The notes beneath the pieces were generated by a model, which saw nothing but the letters and a program-made list of their open reading frames with translations, ran no database searches and was not told the DNA's origin. 63,455 nt of DNA from a virus (taxonomy: Duplodnaviria > Caudoviricetes). The stretch is from the IMG/VR virus record IMGVR_UViG_3300043395_004412, positions 1 to 63,455 of that record; one strand, given 5' to 3'. The translations under genes and the position numbers were made by a program. Of this stretch, positions 28,247 to 37,599 are shown one piece after another; within the stretch, counting starts at the first letter, position 1, and each line of letters begins with the position of its first letter.

Positions 28247-29062
28247 ATGTTACTGAAAAAAGGTTCTAAAGGTGACGAAGTAAAACAACTTCAATCAAAA
28301 TTAGGTTTGAATGCTGATGGCGATTTTGGTCTGAAAACTGAAGATGCTGTAAAAGCATATCAACTAAAAAACGGTTTAACTCCTGATGGTATTGTTGGTC
28401 CTAATACGTGGCAGAAAATAATGGGTGAAGGAGTTGTTGTTACCCCACAAGTAGCACCTCAAGTAGGTGGTTTGAACTTAGATAAACTCAAAGGTCATAT
28501 TCCTGATTCAGTAATTTCACAAATACCTGAAACCGCAGCTAAATTCAAAATAGACACTCCTTTAAAATTGGCACATTTCTTGGCTCAGTGTGGTCACGAA
28601 TCTGGTGGATTTAAAGTTGTAAACGAAAACTTGAATTACTCTGCGGACGGTTTAAAAAAGATATTCACAAAATATTTCAAAGATGTACTTGCTGAAGGTT
28701 ACGCTAGAAATCCTGAGAAAATTGCAAACAGGGTTTACGGTGGTAGAATGGGAAATGGTCCCGAATCAACAGGTGAAGGATTTAAATTCAGAGGTAGAGG
28801 ATACATCCAATTAACAGGTAAAGACAACTACACAGCCTTTGGTAAGGCTATCAACGAAGACATTATTGGAAACCCTGATTTAGTATCTACAAAATACCCT
28901 CTATTATCTGCAGCATGGTTTTTCAGTAAAAATTGCTTGAGTAAATGTGTGGACGCTAGTGATGCCACAGTTACCTCAGTTACAAAATGTGTTAATGGTG
29001 GAACTATAGGTTTACCAGATAGACTAAAGCATTTCAAAGAATATTATAAATTGTTATCTTAG
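28247..29062 (+). CDS. Endolysin: PG-binding domain + GH19 lysozyme
   Basis: LKKGSKGDEVKQLQ..DGIVGPNT; AHFLAQCGHESGG; FRGRGYIQLTGKDNY; VNGG. Confidence 0.95.
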   Translation: MLLKKGSKGDEVKQLQSKLGLNADGDFGLKTEDAVKAYQLKNGLTPDGIVGPNTWQKIMGEGVVVTPQVAPQVGGLNLDKLKGHIPDSVISQIPETAAKFKIDTPLKLAHFLAQCGHESGGFKVVNENLNYSADGLKKIFTKYFKDVLAEGYARNPEKIANRVYGGRMGNGPESTGEGFKFRGRGYIQLTGKDNYTAFGKAINEDIIGNPDLVSTKYPLLSAAWFFSKNCLSKCVDASDATVTSVTKCVNGGTIGLPDRLKHFKEYYKLLS

Positions 29063-29064
29063 GT

Positions 29065-29096
29065 TTTGGTGATTTTACCTTTGTTTGGTATCTTTG
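29065..29096 (+). promoter_or_regulatory. Bacteroidota sigma70-type promoter
   Basis: TTTG-N20-TATCTTTG. Confidence 0.7.
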
Positions 29097-29111
29097 ACCA
29101 AAATATAAACT

Positions 29112-29339
29112 ATGAAACTCAAAGTGAAAGAAACGAAGGTAAATACAGAACTTAATTGGGTTATCAAAATCGTTAATTCGGTTAAAACCAAAGACCAGCT
29201 TGATGTTGCTCTCAAATGTTTTTTGCTTTGGGATATGAAACATAGTTGCGAACCAAGATGTGAAGAAAAATCAATGTTGAAAAGTAAATTTTGGTCCATT
29301 TATAAAAACAAAGAAACTGGTTTTTTTGTCGGTGGTTAG
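29112..29339 (+). CDS. Hypothetical protein
   Basis: ORF behind promoter. Confidence 0.65.
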   Translation: MKLKVKETKVNTELNWVIKIVNSVKTKDQLDVALKCFLLWDMKHSCEPRCEEKSMLKSKFWSIYKNKETGFFVGG

Positions 29340-29422
29340 AATTTAAACATACTTTTATTATATTGTGGATATATTTATCTCTACATCACTCTTTGGAGTG
29401 TTCTCATATATCCCTTTTCCAA

Positions 29423-29461
29423 AAGACCCGTCAAAATTATTTTGTCGGGTCTTATTTTTTT
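29423..29461 (+). terminator. Terminator overlapping a promoter
   Basis: AAGACCCG..CAAAAT/ATTTTG..CGGGTCTT + T-run; TTTG-N19-TATATTTG at 29441-29471. Confidence 0.65.
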
Positions 29462-29475
29462 AATATATTTGCTCT

Positions 29476-29598
29476 ATGGACAAACTATCATTATATCAAC
29501 AAATAGAATTAGCCATTATTAGATGGTCAAATGATGGTACTAAAACAGCTGGTTCTCTAACAAGAGAAATTATGGAACTTATAAAAGATTTAAAATGA
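29476..29598 (+). CDS. Hypothetical 40-aa protein (not in ORF track)
   Basis: MDKLSLYQQIELAIIRWSNDG...; ATGA overlap with next gene. Confidence 0.65.
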   Translation: MDKLSLYQQIELAIIRWSNDGTKTAGSLTREIMELIKDLK

Positions 29599-30197
29599 AA
29601 ATCACATACGCAGACTCATTTTGGAAATCCTTAAAAAGATTGGCAAGACATCAAACTTGGTGGTACAAGACCTATGAAGTTTTTCGTTACAAAATTCCCA
29701 TGTTCATTGAAAACCTTTGGTATTTCAGAAAAGAGCTTTGGAGATTTAGGTCATGGGATTATACTTTCAATTTAAGTCTCTTTGCACGTTCTTTGGAAAA
29801 AAGTGCTAACACACTTGAGTTTCATGGACACGAAGTAGATGTATCAAGGATGAAAAAAGTTGCTAAAATGAAAAGAGTTATCGAAATTATTAGAAATTTG
29901 GATGAATCAAATTATATTTCTTTAGCAGAAAAAGAATTGGGAAAATTAAAAAATACTGGTGGTTGGTTTGACGATAAAGAGGACACACCTGAGGAAAAAG
30001 AACACAATAAGAAAGTCTTTGATAGGTCAACTGAACTTGAAAATAATGAGTGGAATGAGTTATGGTCAATTCTTAAAGGACAAGATTATGAAGAATTCAG
30101 AAAGATTTACAACAAACTATCTGACGAAGAAAAGTGGGAACATTCTCATTGGGAAAATTGGTTCGATGGTTCAGGAATAAAAACTTGGTGGGATTAA
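29595..30197 (+). CDS. Hypothetical phage protein
   Basis: WRFRSWDY, C-terminal WWD. Confidence 0.8.
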   Translation: MKITYADSFWKSLKRLARHQTWWYKTYEVFRYKIPMFIENLWYFRKELWRFRSWDYTFNLSLFARSLEKSANTLEFHGHEVDVSRMKKVAKMKRVIEIIRNLDESNYISLAEKELGKLKNTGGWFDDKEDTPEEKEHNKKVFDRSTELENNEWNELWSILKGQDYEEFRKIYNKLSDEEKWEHSHWENWFDGSGIKTWWD

Positions 30198-30210
30198 AAA
30201 ATTAAAAAAT

Positions 30211-30369
30211 ATGTGGAAAGTTTTTTTATTAATGTTCATTGTTACGGCAATTATATCCTATCTTTGGGTTCGAGGAATTGATTACATGCACAAAAATCAT
30301 CCTGATTATAAAGGAGACGATTTTTTAAATTGGGATAAAGATGAAGACGATAAAAATAACATTTATTAG
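30211..30369 (+). CDS. Small membrane protein (not in ORF track)
   Basis: MWKVFLLMFIVTAIISYLWVRGIDYM...HPDYKGDDF. Confidence 0.7.
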   Translation: MWKVFLLMFIVTAIISYLWVRGIDYMHKNHPDYKGDDFLNWDKDEDDKNNIY

Positions 30370-31024
30370 TGATACTCATAACAAACACGAGTATTTGACC
30401 TCCAAGGCCTATAATAACATTTTAGGTAGTGGTGATGTTCTTGTACATGCGGGTGATATCAGTATGATGGGTAAGACAGGTGAAATCAAAAGTTTTTTGG
30501 ATTGGTTTTCTAATGTTGATTACACTCACAAAATCTTCATTGCAGGTAACCACGATTGGGGTTTTGAGTTGGTGAGTGATATTGCTCCTGAATATAAAGA
30601 AAAAGGGGTTCATTACCTTTTCGATAGTGGTATCGAAATCGATGGTGTAAAGTTTTACGGTAGTCCTTGGCAACCTGAATTTTTCAATTGGGCATTCAAT
30701 CTACCAAGAGGAGAAAAACTTGCAGAGAAGTGGGCAATGATTCCTGGTAACACTGATATTTTGATAACTCATGGACCAGCACATGGAATGTTGGATTGGG
30801 TTCCAAATGGTCAAAGAGTAGGTTGTGAGGATTTGTTTCAAAGAATTATGGATATCCAACCCAAAATACACGTATGTGGTCACATACACTGTGCTTACGG
30901 TCAGAAAAGTTTCAATGGGGTAGAATTCATCAACGCTTCAGTCTTAGGTGAAAGATACACACATGAAAACAAACCTGTGACTATTTTATTCGACATAGAA
31001 ACAAAACAAATTGATTACCCATGA
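30341..31024 (+). CDS. Calcineurin-like metallophosphoesterase
   Basis: SDTH, HAGD, AGNHD, ITHGP, GHIH. Confidence 0.95.
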   Translation: MKTIKITFISDTHNKHEYLTSKAYNNILGSGDVLVHAGDISMMGKTGEIKSFLDWFSNVDYTHKIFIAGNHDWGFELVSDIAPEYKEKGVHYLFDSGIEIDGVKFYGSPWQPEFFNWAFNLPRGEKLAEKWAMIPGNTDILITHGPAHGMLDWVPNGQRVGCEDLFQRIMDIQPKIHVCGHIHCAYGQKSFNGVEFINASVLGERYTHENKPVTILFDIETKQIDYP

Positions 31025-31503
31025 AAAATGAATCTGTAATTTCAGAACTCAAAAAGTTGAATCCTGATGAGCACGTAAAAGTCACAATTGACCTTTATAG
31101 AAAATCGTTACTTGAGGTTTGTTACCATAACGGTTACAAATTCGACAAAAAATTTTATTGTGATTCGGAAACTACTTGGAGAGGAGCTAGTTTAGTTTGT
31201 GAACAATTTAACGTCTCAGAACTGATTGAACTCTTAGAATCCAAAGATTTGACTGAAATGCAAGACCTTGACTTTCCTGATTTGTCTATAGAGACCTCTA
31301 CGGACGGTGATGTTGACGTAACTAATGTTGAGTGGGATGAACCCTTGACTGAAGAAGAAGAGTCAGAATTCAGTCCTATGGACCTTTATTGGGATTCTGA
31401 AATTACAGATTCTGAATTAAATTTTGGTACGGGTAGTATTCATACCATGATTGTAGAACATAATGATTCAAAAATCGCAAAAATTACTGAAAATGAAGAT
31501 TAA
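31021..31503 (+). CDS. Acidic hypothetical protein
   Basis: Coupled ORF. Confidence 0.7.
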   Translation: MKNESVISELKKLNPDEHVKVTIDLYRKSLLEVCYHNGYKFDKKFYCDSETTWRGASLVCEQFNVSELIELLESKDLTEMQDLDFPDLSIETSTDGDVDVTNVEWDEPLTEEEESEFSPMDLYWDSEITDSELNFGTGSIHTMIVEHNDSKIAKITENED

Positions 31504-31744
31504 TGATGGACATTATTTAGAATTACTGGATAGATTACACGTACAAACATGTATGATTGAATCTCATTTAGTTGACCACCCTCTAACCAAGAGATTGAAA
31601 AAGGTTAAAAAATTAATAAATTCAGCACAGTGGGCTTTACTTGAGGCCTATCAAGTTGTTGGAGAAAAAGATTATGAAAGAGAACAAAAAAATAATCCAA
31701 TTGCCAAAGTTGTACTTGGACGACGTAAGAAATCCAAAGACTAA
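31493..31744 (+). CDS. Hypothetical protein
   Basis: HYLELLDRLH...HP. Confidence 0.7.
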   Translation: MKINDGHYLELLDRLHVQTCMIESHLVDHPLTKRLKKVKKLINSAQWALLEAYQVVGEKDYEREQKNNPIAKVVLGRRKKSKD

Positions 31745-32000
31745 CGGTTGGACAATTGTAAGAAATTACGAAGAATTTGTTAAACACATCGATGAAAATG
31801 GTCTACCCGACGAGATATCATTTGACCATGATTTAGGTGAAGATACCAAAACGGGTTACGATTGTGCTAAATGGTTATGTAACTACTGTTGGACAAATGG
31901 AATTCCAATTCCAACTTATAATGTACACTCAGCAAATCCTGTTGGCAGAGATAATATAATCGGAATACTTAAATCGTTCGAACAAAAATTGAACAATTAG
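31674..32000 (+). CDS. Cyclic-phosphate-processing receiver-domain protein
   Basis: LYLDDVR, ISFDHDLG, TGYDCAKWL, VHSANPVG. Confidence 0.85.
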   Translation: MKENKKIIQLPKLYLDDVRNPKTNGWTIVRNYEEFVKHIDENGLPDEISFDHDLGEDTKTGYDCAKWLCNYCWTNGIPIPTYNVHSANPVGRDNIIGILKSFEQKLNN

Positions 32001-32028
32001 AAAGGTGAGATAATTCTCACCTTTTTTT
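32001..32028 (+). terminator. Intrinsic terminator
   Basis: AAAGGTGAGA-TAAT-TCTCACCTTT + T-run. Confidence 0.8.
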
Positions 32029-32040
32029 GTATTTATAAAC

Positions 32041-32658
32041 ATGAGTACATTATCTAATCAACCTTTAAAAGTTTTACTTGCATTATCAAAACAACTCATA
32101 GAAGATGAATTTGAATATAGAAATCCGTGGGATGATGAGGATGGTAATATGAGGAAATTAAAAATTAGTGGAGGTTGGATTGGGGAAAAATTAGATGAGG
32201 ACGACATGGAATTCATTTCCGCTTTCATTTTGGAAAATCTCAAAATAATACTAATGTCGATACATAACGAACTTACAAACTCACAAGCAATAGAGGCTCT
32301 TTCAATCCCTAAGAAAAAAAAATATAATGTTTATTATGAGGTTTGGGGACCAGCGACTTTGACCGAGAAATATAAAACCACTTGGGAATCTTACAATAAA
32401 AATTGGGTAAAGGATTCATTAAGACATAGTTACCATGAAGGAGAATTTGACTACTACGAGGGAGATTATCAAGAACATGAATCGGACAATTTCGAACCAG
32501 ATAATTTTGATATAAATTACGTAAATGACTTGAGAGAAAATAAAGAACCAATCTTAGACAAATTGGTAGTAGAAAACACTCAGGATTTGTTGGATAATTT
32601 AGATAGAGATACTCTATTGAAACTCAGGAATTTGATTAATCAGAAACTTTCTTCTTAG
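32041..32658 (+). CDS. Hypothetical protein
   Basis: TATTTAT upstream; 205 aa. Confidence 0.75.
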   Translation: MSTLSNQPLKVLLALSKQLIEDEFEYRNPWDDEDGNMRKLKISGGWIGEKLDEDDMEFISAFILENLKIILMSIHNELTNSQAIEALSIPKKKKYNVYYEVWGPATLTEKYKTTWESYNKNWVKDSLRHSYHEGEFDYYEGDYQEHESDNFEPDNFDINYVNDLRENKEPILDKLVVENTQDLLDNLDRDTLLKLRNLINQKLSS

Positions 32659-32854
32659 CTTCTTTTGCAAGTTCACCTAAGGTTTTCTTCTTTGAACCAG
32701 GATGAACGTAACCCCTCTTATATTTGTATTCTACCTCGACAGGACCGTTTGTCGTAATTTTAGAATTGTATTTCCAAATAGAAATACACTCCTCGTCTTC
32801 AAACACGTATTCGTATTTCGTAGGTTTTGGTTCAGGTTTTTTTTCGAAAGGCAT
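32636..32854 (-). CDS. Hypothetical protein
   Basis: MPFEKK..WKY...GPVEV. Confidence 0.65.
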   Translation of the reverse strand: MPFEKKPEPKPTKYEYVFEDEECISIWKYNSKITTNGPVEVEYKYKRGYVHPGSKKKTLGELAKEAKKKVSD

Positions 32855-32884
32855 GATGTAAAGATATGAATTAATTTTCAACTA

Positions 32885-34078
32885 TTAGTTCTGTTTTTTT
32901 GTTTTTCTGTAGAACTCGTCATTAAAACTACCATGCGTATTATTTGAGATAAACTCAAAATTATATTTTTTTAATTCTGTTTTGTTTTTCGGATATATTG
33001 CCAAAAAAGGTATACCCAGTTTTCTTATGAAGGCTTTTTCTGCGTGGTCTTTATTTTTTTTAACTTGTATTGCATATGTTGTTCCGTTTATTGTTGCAGT
33101 CAAATCAATTCCGAAAACCATATCTACTATATTACCCCACGTTGAGAAATTATTTATGTTTTGTACGTTTTCTGGCAAATTATTTAGAAGCTCCTTAAAC
33201 TTTTCCTCAACTAAATCCCCTTCCTCGGTTGTTTTTAAAATTCTAGAAAAAACAGATTTCATTTTTATACTTTCTAAGTCTTTAAAAGATTCTAACAGGT
33301 CTAATTCAGCCAAACTCAAAGTTTTAATTTTGATTTGTTTTCTAGATTCAGTTTTCTGTAATAAACCCATCATTTCAGTATTCAAAATTTGACTTACGGG
33401 TCTTTGTTTGAAATATTCGTGAATTACCTCTGAGTCCGATTTTCCTGAGATAAGATTCTCAAGATACTTTTCTTCTATCATTGAACCCCAATTAACATAA
33501 TTGGTGTCTATTTTATTCAACAGACTCCAAATAACCTTATCTCCTTCGGTTTCCAAAATACCCCAGTAATTTTTATTTTCACATTTGAAAATCATTTCAT
33601 CTATTTTTTCTTCGAAGGTTGCTTTTGATTTGTCTGCCCAAGTAATAATACCAGCGGTTGAGTCAAATTCGTCAATTTTTTCTAAATCATCGATATTTGT
33701 CTCATACCATTTGTCGGATGGGGACCCAATTTTGAATTTCGAACCCAAAATTAAAGATTCTAATAAGAATTTCTTATTTGATTTTATTAAATTGAGATAA
33801 GTTTCGATACCTTCTTTCTTGATTTCTGTTTGTAGTGACCTTGTTGAGTTAATTCTTGAAGAAATATTTTTTTCTTTTTTTGTTTTCTCTGACTTTTCAA
33901 TTTCTTGGAAAAGTTTCTCAGCATTTTCTAGCTCTGTGTCTGATATTGGTTCTTTTCTCCAAACTTTTACCCATAAATCTTTTATTGATTTATCATCACC
34001 ATAATAATTCAAGATTTTTTTGAAAAGTTCTTCTTGTGATAGTTCTTCCTTAAGTATTTTTTTTATGAGTTCTTTCAT
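32885..34078 (-). CDS. Protein with leader motif and C-terminal PD-(D/E)xK-like domain
   Basis: MKELIKKILKEE; EG...E...GIDL....YAIQVK. Confidence 0.65.
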   Translation of the reverse strand: MKELIKKILKEELSQEELFKKILNYYGDDKSIKDLWVKVWRKEPISDTELENAEKLFQEIEKSEKTKKEKNISSRINSTRSLQTEIKKEGIETYLNLIKSNKKFLLESLILGSKFKIGSPSDKWYETNIDDLEKIDEFDSTAGIITWADKSKATFEEKIDEMIFKCENKNYWGILETEGDKVIWSLLNKIDTNYVNWGSMIEEKYLENLISGKSDSEVIHEYFKQRPVSQILNTEMMGLLQKTESRKQIKIKTLSLAELDLLESFKDLESIKMKSVFSRILKTTEEGDLVEEKFKELLNNLPENVQNINNFSTWGNIVDMVFGIDLTATINGTTYAIQVKKNKDHAEKAFIRKLGIPFLAIYPKNKTELKKYNFEFISNNTHGSFNDEFYRKTKKQN

Positions 34079-34116
34079 TGTAAAATAAATATCAAAAAAA
34101 ATGAAACCCTTGTTTT

Positions 34117-34980
34117 CTATTTACCTGAATAATCGCCCAACAAAGTTATTGGTTGACTGTTTTTAAGTGATTCGAGTATTCCTTCTTCAATTTTACTCGA
34201 TGGAAACTTGTAATGTACTCTAATAAGTTTTATTCCATTGTTAAAACAATACTCATTTTTTATCTTATCGTTTTCCTGTATTTCATCGTATTTTCTTGCG
34301 TATTTGGTCTTGGGGTTAAAATGCTGCTCTCCGTCATACTCTATTACAGTATTAATATCAGGAATGTAAAAATCAAATCTCAATGGTCTACAATACTTTC
34401 CCTCAACTTTGTTATTACAATCTTCAAAAATTTTTTCACGGTTATCACATTTTCTAGAACCCATGCATTTAGGGTCGATTAAACCTTTTTCTACTAAAAT
34501 TTTCGCAATTAATTCTTCACCAGCGGATATTTTTTCAGGTACAAAATGAGAGGTTATTGATTGGTAAAAATCTTTACCTCTTTTGTTAGCTGCGTTAAAG
34601 TAATTAAAAGAATTTTTTTTGAATTGTGCCGCGGTTTTATATTTTTTCGCCTCTTGTTCGAGTTCATCAGGTGAATATTTGATTTTTGATTCAATATAGT
34701 CAAACCTGCATCCATTTCCTTTTAAATGATGAAATGGATAAATTTCAAAATATTCGTGACCTGTTTTTTTCAACCAATCTTCTCTGTGTTTGGGACATAT
34801 AATTTTGACTTTGTTTTTACTGTCCTTATAGTCAGTCAATGAATAATCATATTTCGGATTACCATCATCATCAACATGTATTTTTTTTGACGCATCAACA
34901 AATTCTTGAGTGGTTTTTTTATTTTGTCCACCCGCTTCCATCAATCTTGTATACTGAGATTCTGTTATGATAATTTTCAT
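34117..34980 (-). CDS. Endonuclease (DUF723-like + Vsr/DUF559-like), homing-endonuclease-like, with leader motif
   Basis: KYDYS...KIICPKH; LRFDFYIP..VIEYDGEQHF; DKIKNEYC...IKLIRV. Confidence 0.85.
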   Translation of the reverse strand: MKIIITESQYTRLMEAGGQNKKTTQEFVDASKKIHVDDDGNPKYDYSLTDYKDSKNKVKIICPKHREDWLKKTGHEYFEIYPFHHLKGNGCRFDYIESKIKYSPDELEQEAKKYKTAAQFKKNSFNYFNAANKRGKDFYQSITSHFVPEKISAGEELIAKILVEKGLIDPKCMGSRKCDNREKIFEDCNNKVEGKYCRPLRFDFYIPDINTVIEYDGEQHFNPKTKYARKYDEIQENDKIKNEYCFNNGIKLIRVHYKFPSSKIEEGILESLKNSQPITLLGDYSGK

Positions 34981-35003
34981 CTATCATAAATACAAAACAA
35001 AAT

Positions 35004-35030
35004 AAAAATCCCCTCACTAAGGAGGGGATT
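35004..35030 (-). terminator. Intrinsic terminator
   Basis: AATCCCCTC-loop-GAGGGGATT + T-run. Confidence 0.75.
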
Positions 35031-35041
35031 AATGTGTTGTC

Positions 35042-35302
35042 TTACTCAACGGGTTGTTCTTCGGATTCTCCTTTAGTCTTATTAATCCATTTGTCTACCG
35101 AACCGATTCCAAATGAACCTAAAACTAACCATAGGAAAGCGTTAAAAATGAATTCATTAATGACTAAATCTTTCCCTAAATAACCTGTAATGATGTCTGC
35201 CAATGCAAACATAACCATCATCACAAAAGCTAAAAATCCTACAACACTTTTCTCATTGATTGAGTTGTTGTCGTTGAATAAGTTTGATAAGAACTTTTTC
35301 AT
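35042..35302 (-). CDS. Two-TM membrane protein (holin-like)
   Basis: Two hydrophobic helices, charged C-terminus. Confidence 0.7.
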   Translation of the reverse strand: MKKFLSNLFNDNNSINEKSVVGFLAFVMMVMFALADIITGYLGKDLVINEFIFNAFLWLVLGSFGIGSVDKWINKTKGESEEQPVE

Positions 35303-35330
35303 ATTTTGGTAATTTACTTACCAATAAATA

Positions 35331-36317
35331 TTAGAATTCAGGCGCGTTTGCGTTGTAATTTTGTAGAATTTCTGCAGCACTCAAACTTTTCGTGTAACAA
35401 TAAACTCTAGCCACTCTACCATTAAGTAAATTTCCACCCGCAAATGTTCCAATATTTGTTGAGCCGTTACCTGGTCTTGGAGATTTATTTGCGGTGTAAG
35501 CACTATCAAAAACACCATTAACATAAAGTTTCATCCCGTCTGTTGTATTGAAGGTCAAAGCAACATAATACCATGTATTCAAATTGAAATTAGCTACTGA
35601 CGGGAATGCAATATAACTCGGCCAATCACTATGACCACAATATATTTTATGAGTTGCTCCAGCAACACCCATATACATAAAATGACCTCCACTAGAGCTA
35701 CTTATGATATTATTATCTTGATATCCGTTAAAATAAACCCAACAAGATTTTGTGTAAGCTGTTGAACCCAAAACTAATCCACTGCCTGTACCATATTGAT
35801 TCGAGCCGTTGAACGTGAAATACGATGGTGATGATGAGGTATAGGTCGGTGAGTTAACCAATGTAATATTTTGTTGGGGGTCAACTAAATCAAACCAAGT
35901 ATTTCCAGTTCCTGGATATGATATTGGATTACTTGCATCCAATTTCAAAGTTAAATTTTCTGTTACCACTTCTGAGTAAGAGGTCCAATATCCATTTGAA
36001 TTTAACCAATTTAATGCTTCAGTACTTCCTGTGAAAGTCTGTCCCGCTATCGTACTTGATAAATCGAGGAACTTATTTTTTGTTTTTCCATCTGTCCTAA
36101 AAAAACCGAGATAAGCGGGTGTGCCAACGGGGTTCGGTTGATTTCCAGTTGGGACGGGCTGTGCAATAACATAACCCAAATCTTGGTCAGGTCCATTCCA
36201 AAATTGTGGTGAATTTGTATACCCCGTTAATGGTACACCAATTGCAAAGTCACCTGACTGTATTGTTCCACCGATTGTTGTACCTGTATTATATGCGAAT
36301 GATTGTATTGTAGCCAT
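35331..36317 (-). CDS. Virion/adhesin protein: shared N-terminal domain + LamG (ConA-like) domain
   Basis: LDASNPISYPGTG; WYYVALT..MKLYVNG; LSAAEILQNYNA. Confidence 0.85.
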   Translation of the reverse strand: MATIQSFAYNTGTTIGGTIQSGDFAIGVPLTGYTNSPQFWNGPDQDLGYVIAQPVPTGNQPNPVGTPAYLGFFRTDGKTKNKFLDLSSTIAGQTFTGSTEALNWLNSNGYWTSYSEVVTENLTLKLDASNPISYPGTGNTWFDLVDPQQNITLVNSPTYTSSSPSYFTFNGSNQYGTGSGLVLGSTAYTKSCWVYFNGYQDNNIISSSSGGHFMYMGVAGATHKIYCGHSDWPSYIAFPSVANFNLNTWYYVALTFNTTDGMKLYVNGVFDSAYTANKSPRPGNGSTNIGTFAGGNLLNGRVARVYCYTKSLSAAEILQNYNANAPEF

Positions 36318-36327
36318 TTTGTGTTTT

Positions 36328-37599
36328 TTAGTTAAAAGTCAAAGACCAATTGAGTAATTCGTGATTATCGTTAGCTCCTCCCGTTGCTGAACCAAATCCC
36401 ATGTAGTAAGAACCTGTATCAAATGAAAAGCTAGTAAATGTTTTATTTGCCGACACAGGTTTTGAATTGGATGTATTCCAATAAAGAGCAAAAGTTTGTG
36501 CTGAATGATTGTAATCACCCCAGAAATACATCGTTTGTCTCCAAAGTCCTGATGAAACCGAGTTAGCCGACTGAAGCACGTTATTTTTATACCAATTGTA
36601 ACTGTTATTGGTATAGGTTAAAAATGTGATTGCATTAATGGTGCCAACAGCCTGTATCAAACCGACACCTCCACCACCAGTTCCTGTCGAGTTATTAGTT
36701 GATGTCCACTGAACGCAATATCCATCTGCACCAGTTCCCCCACCGATAATGGTTTCCCATTGAGTAGAAAAATTTCTATCATATCTAATTGCAGATGTTC
36801 TATAAACATTACCCACCTGGTTATTTCCTGCCGTAGTCAGATAAAGAATATTTGAACTAACCGCAGCATTACCTAAAAGTGTAAGTCCTGCGGTGGATGA
36901 GAAATTAGAATAACTGAATCCTTGTGCGTTTGGAGTTCCCGATGGGGTGTTAGTTGGTGTTGGGGTTTTTGTTGGTGTTTGAGTCTGAGTGTTTGTTGGA
37001 GTAGGAGTGTTTGTTGGAGTAGGAGTTTTTGTTTGTGTAGGTGTAGCCGTAAGTGTAGTTGTTGTAGTTGGTGTAATTGTTGGAGTTAAAGTTTGGGTAG
37101 GTGTAGGCGTAGATGTATTAGTTACAGTTTGTGTAGGTGTAGCCGTAAGTGTAGTTGTTGTAGTTGGGGTGAGTGTTTGCGTTACCGATGGGGTCGGTGT
37201 GTTTGTTGGTGTTTCGGTTTGCGTTATTGTAGGTGTGGGTGTTGGTGTAATTGGGGTAAATGTTGTGGAATAACCATTGGTGTTTAACCAGTTGTATGCA
37301 TCCAACCCATCTGAAAAATTTTGTCCTGAAATTGCATTTACTAAATCAATAAATTCACTTGTGGAGAAACCATTTGTCCTAAAAAATCCCAAATAAGCCG
37401 ATGAACCAACAGGATTTGGTTGCGCTCCTGAAGATACAGGTTGTGCAATTACATAACCCAAACTATCATCTGGACCATTCCAAAATTGTGGTGAGTCGGT
37501 AAAACCTGAAATGGGAGTACCAATTGCGAAATCGCCAGATTGAGTTGTTCCTGATATTGGAACTAAGCTTGGATTATATGCGTAAGGAATTGCCATCAT
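36328..37599 (-). CDS. Virion/adhesin protein: shared N-terminal domain + Thr/Pro linker + legume-lectin-like domain
   Basis: [25 protein letters not shown]...HELLNWS. Confidence 0.85.
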   Translation of the reverse strand: MMAIPYAYNPSLVPISGTTQSGDFAIGTPISGFTDSPQFWNGPDDSLGYVIAQPVSSGAQPNPVGSSAYLGFFRTNGFSTSEFIDLVNAISGQNFSDGLDAYNWLNTNGYSTTFTPITPTPTPTITQTETPTNTPTPSVTQTLTPTTTTTLTATPTQTVTNTSTPTPTQTLTPTITPTTTTTLTATPTQTKTPTPTNTPTPTNTQTQTPTKTPTPTNTPSGTPNAQGFSYSNFSSTAGLTLLGNAAVSSNILYLTTAGNNQVGNVYRTSAIRYDRNFSTQWETIIGGGTGADGYCVQWTSTNNSTGTGGGGVGLIQAVGTINAITFLTYTNNSYNWYKNNVLQSANSVSSGLWRQTMYFWGDYNHSAQTFALYWNTSNSKPVSANKTFTSFSFDTGSYYMGFGSATGGANDNHELLNWSLTFN

